A DNA stretch of 64,000 nt from Candidatus Latescibacterota bacterium. Its GTDB lineage: Bacteria > Latescibacterota > UBA2968. The position numbers were made by a program, and so were the translations under genes. The notes under the pieces are model-generated. The model searched no databases and was not told the DNA's origin. It was given only the letters and a program-made list of their open reading frames with translations. Location: positions 160,001 through 224,000 of the forward strand of contig OZ244960.1 in NCBI GenBank assembly GCA_965222605.1. Direction: 5' to 3'. Below are positions 1-7,508 of this stretch, in pieces (the first letter of the stretch is position 1; each line of letters starts with the position of its first letter).

Positions 1-763
1 AGCCGTTGTACCAGTCGCGGACCTCATCCCGATCCAGGCCGGGCAGTTCAGGCGCAAATACCGTGTCGAGGTCCTCCTCGGTGTAGCCGCAGATGGCGGA
101 ATATTGTGGATCAATGGTGATGTCTGTAAGATTGTTGAGGCCAGAGAAGAGGCGGACTTTGGAGAACTTGCTGACGCCAGTGAGGAATGTGAATTTGATA
201 TGGGCATCACTGGACTTGATCGTCGAATACAGACCGCGCAGAAAGTCGCGGTTGGCACGGGCGACTTCAGGCTCATCCAGCACATCTAAGATCGGCTTGT
301 CGTATTCATCAACAAGAACGACAACGCGCTGTCCCGCCTGGCTATGCAACATCTGGATGATATGGCGAAAGCGTGCTGAAGCAGTATCGTAGTGGCTTTC
401 TACGCCTGTTTCTTTTTCCACAGCGTCCAGTTGTGCCATAACCTCTTTGTGCAAGATCTCCGGCTCATTAAAATTGCCGCTGCCAAAGTCGAGTCGCAGG
501 ACGGGATAGCGCACTTGCCAGTCCCAGTGGTCGTGGATATACAACCCCTCAAAGAGCGGCTCATTGCCCTCAAACAGTTCCTTCAGCGTGTCCAGAAACA
601 GGCTTTTGCCAAAGCGACGCGGACGCGATAAAAAAAAGTGCGTGCCATCGTCGAGCAACTCCCGGATATAGGCTGTCTTATCGACATAGTAGCAGTTCTC
701 CTCCCGAATTTTGCAGAAGGTCTGAATACCGATGGGCAGTCTGCGTTTGGTCATATTATGCAC
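1..763 (-). CDS. AAA-family ATPase with PD-(D/E)XK nuclease tail (5' part; runs off window start)
   Basis: Near-identical at DNA level to the 5' part of 2122..3678; contains Walker A SRPRRFGKS and Walker B VDEYDKP; start GTG 763 or ATG 754. Confidence 0.9.
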   Translation of the reverse strand, partial: MHNMTKRRLPIGIQTFCKIREENCYYVDKTAYIRELLDDGTHFFLSRPRRFGKSLFLDTLKELFEGNEPLFEGLYIHDHWDWQVRYPVLRLDFGSGNFNEPEILHKEVMAQLDAVEKETGVESHYDTASARFRHIIQMLHSQAGQRVVVLVDEYDKPILDVLDEPEVARANRDFLRGLYSTIKSSDAHIKFTFLTGVSKFSKVRLFSGLNNLTDITIDPQYSAICGYTEEDLDTVFAPELPGLDRDEVRDWYNG

Positions 764-816
764 CTTTGTCTTTCCATCTCATCCAAAAGCGATTCTGTGT
801 TTTTTACCCTCATCGA

Positions 817-1392
817 TCACCGTGTCCGCGTTTTTCTCCGCGCGAAGGCATCCAGTTCATGCCGGACGGTCTCACCGGACAGTTCGGCATAGCGCTGGGT
901 GGTCTGCAAGTTGCGATGACCGAGCAGCCAGCGCACTGTGCCAACACCCACGCCACTGTTCACCAACTCCGTCGCAGCCGTGTGCCGAAGCTGGTGGATC
1001 TCGCATTTGACCTCTGCCTGCTCACACAGCTTCGTCCATTGATAGAGCGCGGTTCTATAACTCATGCGCCGATCTTTGTATTTTCCCGTCCTGAAAAGCG
1101 GCCCCGCGGTTAAATCTTCGGCGCGAAGATACGCCCGCAACAGTTTCAGGCTTTCAAACTCAAAGGGCAACGGGATCTCGCGCTCGTATTCTCCTTTGCC
1201 TCTGAACCGAATGCCCTCCTGCCCAGCACTCAGGATAATGTCCTCAACGTAAATGCTCAGTGCCTCATTGATCCGGATCCCGGTTTCGGCCAGCAGTGTG
1301 AAGAGCAGGCGCTCCCGCGGTTTTGACTTCCGAATCGCCTGCATCAACCGCTCCAGGTTTTTTCTATGGATCGGCCGCGGCAATCCATGCAT
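817..1392 (-). CDS. Tyrosine recombinase/integrase, catalytic domain only
   Basis: TGIRINE, RGKG, HQLRH, LLGH and TQRY catalytic motifs; 191 aa with no N-terminal core-binding domain. Confidence 0.85.
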   Translation of the reverse strand: MHGLPRPIHRKNLERLMQAIRKSKPRERLLFTLLAETGIRINEALSIYVEDIILSAGQEGIRFRGKGEYEREIPLPFEFESLKLLRAYLRAEDLTAGPLFRTGKYKDRRMSYRTALYQWTKLCEQAEVKCEIHQLRHTAATELVNSGVGVGTVRWLLGHRNLQTTQRYAELSGETVRHELDAFARRKTRTR

Positions 1393-1409
1393 CTCCCGTG
1401 TTTAACCTG

Positions 1410-1583
1410 ATCGGTTTCGGAGTATTCGTCCTTTAGATCGAGAAATTCGAGCACAAAGGGGTCTTTGATTTCCTCTTCGGAGAGAACGCGGTCTTCAGGC
1501 TGCACCTTCTGGCCTTTGGTTAGCATGGCGGCTTTGTTCTTTGAAAGTGCTGTGCGCTCGTAGAATTGAGAGTTTATCTGCCA
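1410..1583 (-). pseudogene. Internal fragment of YhcG/DUF1016 (PD-(D/E)XK) gene
   Basis: Translates QINSQFYERTALSKNKAAML...IKDPFVLEFLDLKDEYSETD, the central YhcG motif; both ends missing. Confidence 0.8.
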
Positions 1584-1619
1584 GCCGATAGCGGCGCATC
1601 AGGGAAGTACTTTTTTGAG

Positions 1620-1862
1620 CTATTTGTTGAGTACCAAAACAATTGTGATGGCTGTCCCGATATTGGCAAGCAACACAGTGATCAACAAACCAACAATCCA
1701 CTTGAAATTGCTGTCGATTCGATTGGACAACTCACTCCGGCCTTGTTCGATTCGATTGGACAACTCATGCTGGCCTTGCTCAATGTTGCCCAAACGTTCA
1801 TTGATTTGCGCCTGGACGGCTTCGAGAGAAGCAACGCGACTTTCAAGGCTTGGCATCTGCAT
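1620..1862 (-). CDS. Small coiled-coil protein with C-terminal TM helix (XhlA/DUF1640-like architecture)
   Basis: 80 aa; 33-nt internal duplication (ELSNRI x2); hydrophobic tail; paralog at 9313..9519. Confidence 0.75.
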   Translation of the reverse strand: MQMPSLESRVASLEAVQAQINERLGNIEQGQHELSNRIEQGRSELSNRIDSNFKWIVGLLITVLLANIGTAITIVLVLNK

Positions 1863-2121
1863 GGTAAAACTCTCTTTGTGTTGAGTTTTTACTGTGTCTA
1901 ATCATAAAATACCTTTGTCATTATGGATATGAAAGTGCTTTTCCGCATGTGCAGATGAAGTGCTGGCGAATTGTACACCTATCAAAGTTGGAGCATCTAA
2001 AGAAAGATAGCCTGAAGTCGTCAAGGCACAAATAGAACGCGTCGAATTTCTTATCAACAGTCGGTCCGATCCAACACCCAACCCAAAATCTTTACGCACT
2101 TCCATCCGCATTTCTCACCTC

Positions 2122-3678
2122 TCACGCACCTGCCACCTCAAAGGCCGTTATATTGCGGGTGTTCTTACTGAACTCTACTCCGATCAGGTGAATGGGCTGA
2201 TCCAGACCCCGATATTTGTCCGCATATCCCTTTGCTTGCAATTGCGCCATCGCCGCACCATCGGACGCTAATTCCACCACCTTGAACTCAAATAGGTAGA
2301 TGTTATCGTTGAAGTGTACAGCCATATCGACACGCCCATGGCTGCTGCTATCCTCTACCGTGATATTGAGACCCAGGCCCGCGAAATAGGAATAGAACAC
2401 GCTGGCATAGTAGCCCTCAAAATTGGCGATGTCGTTGTTGGTGTACCATTCGTAGGGAATGCTGGCGAAGAATGCGTGGAATAAGGTCTCGAGACCGGCA
2501 AAGTCATTGGCTTCCAGCAGGCGGTAAAGTTGGACGCTGTTCGCCATCTGGCCGGACGGGTCTTTCACCAGGTAGCGCAATAGGCTCTCGTTGAGGCTTT
2601 GACGCACTTCCCGATTGGGATAACTTAGATGGTACAGGGACTTACCGCCGAGGTTCTCCTCACTGGTAATGGTCAGGTACCCAGTCTGAAACAACAGGGC
2701 CTCGGTCGCGATTTCATCCACATCGAAGGTCGATAGCAAGTCACTGCTGCCCATCATCTCGTCGAGTTTCAGGGAACTGACACGGCGTTTGAATAGGGTT
2801 TCGATGAGGAAGGTGGGCGTGCCGGTCTCGAACCAATAGGCTTCGAAGCTGTGCCTTCGGAACAGCAGGAGGATGTCGAAGGGGTTATAGACCTTCTCCT
2901 CGCCCCGCCAGCTATAGCCGTTGTACCAGTCGCGGATCTCATCCCGATCCAGACCCGGCAGTTCTGGCGCAAATACCGTGTCGAGGTCCGTTTCTGTGTA
3001 GCCGCAGATGGCGGAATATCGCGGATCAATGGTAATATCTGTGAGGTTGTTGAGGCCAGAGAACAGATGTACCTTGGAGAACTTGCTGACGCCAGTGAGG
3101 AATGTGAACTTGATATGGGCATCATTGGACTTGATTGTCGAATACAGACCGCGCAGAAAGTCGCGGTTGGCGCGCGCAATCTCCGGTACTTCCAAAGCAT
3201 CGAGTATCGGCTTGTCGTATTCATCAACAAGAACGACAACGCGCTGCCCGGCACGCTCGTGAAGGATTTCCAAAATAGACGCGAAGCGTCCGGGGGCTGT
3301 GGTGTACTCGGAAACGATCTCCGCTCGACGTTCTATGGCCGCGAGTTGTTCCATGAGATTTGCCTGCAGATAGCCCACCTCTTTGAAATTGCCGCTGCCA
3401 AAGTCGAGCCGCAGGACGGGATAGCGCACTTGCCAATCCCAGTGGTCGTGGATATACAACCCCTCAAAGAGCGGCTCATTGCCCTCAAACAGTTCCTTCA
3501 GCGTGTCCAGAAACAGGCTTTTGCCAAAGCGACGTGGACGCGATAAAAAAAAGTGCGTGCCATCGTCAAGCAGCTCCCGGATATAGGCTGTCTTATCGAC
3601 ATAGTAGCAGTTCTCCTCCCGAATTTTGCGGAAGGTCTGAATACCAATGGGCAGTCTGCGTTTGGTCATATTATGCAC
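2122..3678 (-). CDS. AAA-family ATPase with C-terminal PD-(D/E)XK nuclease domain
   Basis: KRRLPIGIQTF start, SRPRRFGKS, VDEYDKP, YWFETGTP, C-terminal GRVDM...IYLFEFK; ATG at 3669 likely. Confidence 0.92.
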   Translation of the reverse strand: MHNMTKRRLPIGIQTFRKIREENCYYVDKTAYIRELLDDGTHFFLSRPRRFGKSLFLDTLKELFEGNEPLFEGLYIHDHWDWQVRYPVLRLDFGSGNFKEVGYLQANLMEQLAAIERRAEIVSEYTTAPGRFASILEILHERAGQRVVVLVDEYDKPILDALEVPEIARANRDFLRGLYSTIKSNDAHIKFTFLTGVSKFSKVHLFSGLNNLTDITIDPRYSAICGYTETDLDTVFAPELPGLDRDEIRDWYNGYSWRGEEKVYNPFDILLLFRRHSFEAYWFETGTPTFLIETLFKRRVSSLKLDEMMGSSDLLSTFDVDEIATEALLFQTGYLTITSEENLGGKSLYHLSYPNREVRQSLNESLLRYLVKDPSGQMANSVQLYRLLEANDFAGLETLFHAFFASIPYEWYTNNDIANFEGYYASVFYSYFAGLGLNITVEDSSSHGRVDMAVHFNDNIYLFEFKVVELASDGAAMAQLQAKGYADKYRGLDQPIHLIGVEFSKNTRNITAFEVAGA

Positions 3679-3761
3679 CTTTGTCTTTCGATCTCATCCA
3701 AAAGCGGTTCTGTTATTTTTTGTTCTTTCGCATTCATACACTAAGCATTTCCTACTTTTGG

Positions 3762-3870
3762 CTAAAGATTTCGCCTCCACCGCGCGTTCAGCCGGCACCA
3801 CAGTGCTCGAAGACGATCCCAAACGGGCTGAATCGCGTCGAGAATGCCGCGCTCTTTAGTTCGCAAGACG
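3762..3870 (-). pseudogene. C-terminal remnant of DUF3368 (PIN-type toxin) gene
   Basis: Frame reads VLRTKERGILDAIQPVWDRLRAL directly after a UPF0175 gene, its usual partner. Confidence 0.6.
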
Positions 3871-4125
3871 ACGGGCACTGTCTAAGTCCTGTTGGAGGTC
3901 GTCCTCAGTCAGTTGGAAGGTATCAACGCCGTATTCGGCGAGCTTTGTCAGAAATAAGGGCTTGGGAATGCCAGCCAGCTTGGCTGCCCCCCCCGAGGAT
4001 AAACGGCCCAACTCATAGAGCTTGACGGCGATAAGTAGCTTGGCCTCTTCGCTGAACTGCCTGGGTGTATATCCGAGGGCCAGCAGGACTTCGTCACCGT
4101 AGTCAATGGTCAATGTTCTCTTCAT
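3856..4125 (-). CDS. UPF0175 family protein (putative antitoxin)
   Basis: AVKLYELGRLSSGGAAKLAGIPKPLFLTKL signature; start at MKRTL. Confidence 0.85.
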   Translation of the reverse strand: MKRTLTIDYGDEVLLALGYTPRQFSEEAKLLIAVKLYELGRLSSGGAAKLAGIPKPLFLTKLAEYGVDTFQLTEDDLQQDLDSARRLAN

Positions 4126-4343
4126 TGCGTCGTGTCTCCATAAACGCGCTGTCAAACCGGGCGAATCGCCCCCCTATGCTTTTTGAATATAATGATAAAT
4201 GTCTATTTGCAATTTACGCGAAAAAACAGGGGTTTGCAATGGCATTTTGGCGTATAATGTAGGCGTTTTGGGAAGTGTTCCTGACATAATTCGTATTATG
4301 TCTATATCTTTTTCTGCCTGGAATCTCGATAAACCGGATATCT

Positions 4344-4982
4344 TCACGGCCCTTGTATCCCCAGGCGGATGAGGATCACGGCGACCGTCAGCGCAATGCC
4401 GTTGACACCTGCGTGAATCGCCGCGGTTGTCCAATACGCGCGCTTACGGCCAAACTGACGCGCGTGCAGAAATGCAACGGCCAGGAAAAATCCAGCACCA
4501 ATGGTCGCCACAAACCCGTACACCCCGGCGTGCAGATGAAAGACGCCAAAGAGCACGGTCGAAAACCAGACCGCAACAACAGGCCTGTGTGTCACCTTCA
4601 TAGCAAGCCAGATCGGGAACCACTGGTTCATCAGCGTCTCGAGAAGCGGTGCCAGGAAGATCGCCGCGATGAACGTTATCCAAAACCCGTTGTCGGCAAT
4701 CATTGCCCTCGGGTCGATGGCTTTAGCAGCGGGATCGTTGGCAATCGAATAAAACGGCATGGCTTCGAGCATGAATCCCAGTGCCATATCCACGAGCGTC
4801 GCATAGACCGCGAAAACGGCAATCATCGCCGGCGCTGAAAGACTCAGAACGCGCTGAAAGTGCTCTCGAATCACATTGTCTTTGGATCCGAAGACATTGA
4901 GGACGTCGGGTTTAGGATGGGTTTCTGGCGGGACTGTACGGGATGGTACTGCGGGACGAGTTACGAGTGACTGGTGAACCAT
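4344..4982 (-). CDS. CPBP (CAAX/Abi) family intramembrane metalloprotease
   Basis: Multi-TM; APLLETLMNQ, LFGVFH and AIHAGVN motifs. Confidence 0.8.
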   Translation of the reverse strand: MVHQSLVTRPAVPSRTVPPETHPKPDVLNVFGSKDNVIREHFQRVLSLSAPAMIAVFAVYATLVDMALGFMLEAMPFYSIANDPAAKAIDPRAMIADNGFWITFIAAIFLAPLLETLMNQWFPIWLAMKVTHRPVVAVWFSTVLFGVFHLHAGVYGFVATIGAGFFLAVAFLHARQFGRKRAYWTTAAIHAGVNGIALTVAVILIRLGIQGP

Positions 4983-5042
4983 GGAAATGCCCTCCTGTAT
5001 GGGTTGGAACTGAAAATTTTGATCTCGTGCCCTTCATATAGG

Positions 5043-5057
5043 GCAAAAACCGTGCCA
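5043..5057 (-). promoter_or_regulatory. Sigma54 (-24/-12) promoter for the CPBP gene
   Basis: Minus strand TGGCACGGTTTTTGC matches the TGGCACG-N4-TTGC consensus, about 60 nt upstream of ATG 4982. Confidence 0.85.
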
Positions 5058-5133
5058 AACAAGCCAAAAACCCGTAACTGATTGCAGGAGAGCGTGTTTT
5101 TAAAAAATGTCGCTGAGAGAACCTGTGGGGAAC

Positions 5134-5172
5134 TGTTTCATATGAAACACTTACTGTGTCATATGACACAGT
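5134..5172. promoter_or_regulatory. Two tandem perfect palindromes, TGT-N10-ACA enhancer-like sites
   Basis: TGTTTCATATGAAACA (5134-5149) and ACTGTGTCATATGACACAGT (5153-5172), about 80-115 bp upstream of the sigma54 box. Confidence 0.65.
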
Positions 5173-5324
5173 TGGGATAAGAATGAAACAGGGGGATTAT
5201 CGGGGGATGAAACACAAAAAATGCCCTGAAGAACACAGGGTATTTTGAAAGGTATTTATAGCGATGGTGCTCGGATGAACACCATTCTGGAAATGTCGCG
5301 GTCATCTAAGACAATCAGTATATA

Positions 5325-5424
5325 TCGCATTCGCCTATCACGCGCCGATGACCTATGAAAAGCTGCATCAAGCACAGGCTTGAAACACAAGCCCTAAACT
5401 CTCCACCCAAACGGGGCAGCTTCA
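5325..5424 (+). mobile_element. IS3-family right-end remnant (orfB tail plus IRR)
   Basis: Encodes AYHAPMTYEKLHQAQA*; reverse complement of the end is TGAAGCTGCCCCGTTTGGGTGGAG, similar to the IS3 IRL at 10830; about 60 bp shared with 7290-7349. Confidence 0.65.
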
Positions 5425-5431
5425 ATCTCGT

Positions 5432-7054
5432 TTAACGCGATTCACCAAAATGGGAAACAAAAATGAGAAAATCCCGAAAATCAACAGGTCCATCCCCGTT
5501 GAAATCCAATTTTGAATCATAATTATTATCCGTGTGCAAGTGCTTAAAACCATCCGCAAAACGCAGAAAATCGGAAAATGCAACGCGCCCATCGCCATCG
5601 ACATCGCATACGAGATCCGTCGCCATACTTCCGCCGGTTGACAGCGTGTAATTCACGCGCCGCCTTTCACCTGAAAGCGATGTTTCCATCACAATAAATA
5701 CAATCTCTTCAAAACGATTGGCTCTTGGAATCACCACCGTTGTCCCGCGCGGGTACAATAGCTCAACCCCAGACGGAGAGATCAGCATAACCAGCAACTT
5801 CCACTGCCCCCGATCATCCAGTGCAAACGTCCCCCGAAGCCCACCTGCGATATTCGAAGTTGCCACGCGCAAATATGTAGTCCCCAAATGATCAACCGTT
5901 TCAGACCCTTCAAAAGAGCCACCTGTACCGAGAAAAATATCGGCATGCTTTATCGAGGGCAAATCGCGCGCCTCAACATAATACTCGGGACGTGTACGCA
6001 CATCAGTTAAATAATTCCACGCGGCAAACCGCGGCATCACCTGGGCAAATCCGCCCAGAGGCATCCCATCATCAATAAGCGACAAATTATATTTGCTCGA
6101 GTCGCGTCTTTTGAGCAATTCCCAAACACTTTTGATCACATCGACACCGTAAACCTGCTCAATGTGGTGAGCAAAAATAGCAGCACCCAAAGCATGAACA
6201 ACACTAGAAAACTCGTCCAATGAGGCTTCGGGATCGTCGTAAATACACGAATGATAGCTCGGGCAATTTATGATGTACTGATAAAAATCATTCACATCGG
6301 GATAAGCCACATCCTCCATCCAGGTCGCCGTGAGTTCCTGCCACCACGCAGCACCATAGTCGGCATAATACCCAAATTGAATCGCGTGAAAAAACTCGTG
6401 TGCAGCCGTCACGCGCAAACCATTGAGTCCGCGAGCATGTCGGTAAGTATTATCCGTAAAATTATTGTCAATTTCTATATAACTCGGTGTCGTCAATTCT
6501 GATACAATCGGCCAAGCATAGCCATAAGCGGACTGAAGGGCGAGATTTTTAATATACACATCGTAAATACCATCGCCATCGGATGGAGGGGGATTGTAGC
6601 CCAATTGATTGATCTCCAAATCCCAAACCGCCTCAAAAACGCGCGCGGCTTCATCGACATAATCGGGCACACCATTGGCATTCGCGTCTGTTGGATCAAC
6701 GGCGTGTATTCCCGCCGTATTGTAGTGAATCTTAAAATGCCCTCTCGAAGACAGAATTGAATGACTCAGGATGGGACGTTGCTGGAGAAATGCAAATGCC
6801 TCCTTTGCCGCGGGGGGCAAACGATCCCAATTTGCGGTCAACCCCCTTATTGCCGATGTCCCACAAATAGCTCTATCCAACCGAAACTCGCTATCAGCGG
6901 GCAGAACCTCGGGGAAAAAATGGGCACATGCACGACAGTAAATATCGTGCAATTCAGTCCCGGGCGTAAAAATGGGCGGAACTTGTGCATGCACAGATCC
7001 GCCCGACAACAAAACAATCGCCAACAAAAGGACAACCCTACTCATATCAGCCAT
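5432..7054 (-). CDS. Secreted zinc metalloprotease (MXAN_6640-like) with C-terminal dockerin/EF-hand repeat
   Basis: Signal peptide; TAAHEFFHAIQ and WWQELTATWME; twin DxDGDGxV-F-DFL-F repeats at the C-terminus; RBS GGAGAAG before 7054. Confidence 0.85.
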   Translation of the reverse strand: MADMSRVVLLLAIVLLSGGSVHAQVPPIFTPGTELHDIYCRACAHFFPEVLPADSEFRLDRAICGTSAIRGLTANWDRLPPAAKEAFAFLQQRPILSHSILSSRGHFKIHYNTAGIHAVDPTDANANGVPDYVDEAARVFEAVWDLEINQLGYNPPPSDGDGIYDVYIKNLALQSAYGYAWPIVSELTTPSYIEIDNNFTDNTYRHARGLNGLRVTAAHEFFHAIQFGYYADYGAAWWQELTATWMEDVAYPDVNDFYQYIINCPSYHSCIYDDPEASLDEFSSVVHALGAAIFAHHIEQVYGVDVIKSVWELLKRRDSSKYNLSLIDDGMPLGGFAQVMPRFAAWNYLTDVRTRPEYYVEARDLPSIKHADIFLGTGGSFEGSETVDHLGTTYLRVATSNIAGGLRGTFALDDRGQWKLLVMLISPSGVELLYPRGTTVVIPRANRFEEIVFIVMETSLSGERRRVNYTLSTGGSMATDLVCDVDGDGRVAFSDFLRFADGFKHLHTDNNYDSKLDFNGDGPVDFRDFLIFVSHFGESR

Positions 7055-7139
7055 CTTCTCCCAATGATGAAACATAAATATGTGCAGCTACTTCAAGCCC
7101 GAGCGAATACGCGGCCTCGCCATTGACCACAATTTCCAG

Positions 7140-7349
7140 TGGAGTTACCCCGTTATGCGGGGCCAGTCCAGTTGCGACGCTGGAAAGGCAAACGAACCAT
7201 AGGAACAGGACTATAGCTGGCTTCCAACATGTGGAATCTCTGTGTTCGAATGAAGGAATTCTGCCCAGAGGCTGCGAAAGGCAGAGCGAGCAGCAAACAC
7301 AGGCTTGAAACCCAAGCCCTAAATACTCCACCAAAGCGGGGTAACTCCA
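7140..7349 (+). mobile_element. Miniature/internally deleted IS3-family element (210 bp)
   Basis: 13-bp perfect terminal IRs TGGAGTTACCCCG / CGGGGTAACTCCA with TG..CA ends; orfB-like tail ERQSEQQTQA*; no clear target duplication. Confidence 0.65.
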
Positions 7350-7352
7350 GTT

Positions 7353-7508
7353 TTGAACGATCTCAAAACAGCATCCATTGATCACATTGTGTGCCTGGGT
7401 GATACTGCCTCTGGCGGTCCCCAACCATGTGAGGTTATTGCTCAGTTGAAATCTCTGAATGATTCTGTCGTCATGGGCAACATGGATATGTGGTGTCTTG
7501 ATCCACTA
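7353..7508 (+). pseudogene. Metallophosphoesterase N-terminal fragment
   Basis: IDHIVCLGD...GPQP..V...VMGNMD motifs; cut by the IS end on the left and the serpin gene on the right. Confidence 0.7.

Noticed and set aside
1902-2111. 69-aa ORF after the AAA ATPase
   Set aside because: No recognisable motif; probably another decayed fragment
5365-7349. Approximately 60-bp repeat pair as a novel structured RNA
   Set aside because: Better explained as IS3 right ends (orfB tail plus IR resembling 10830)
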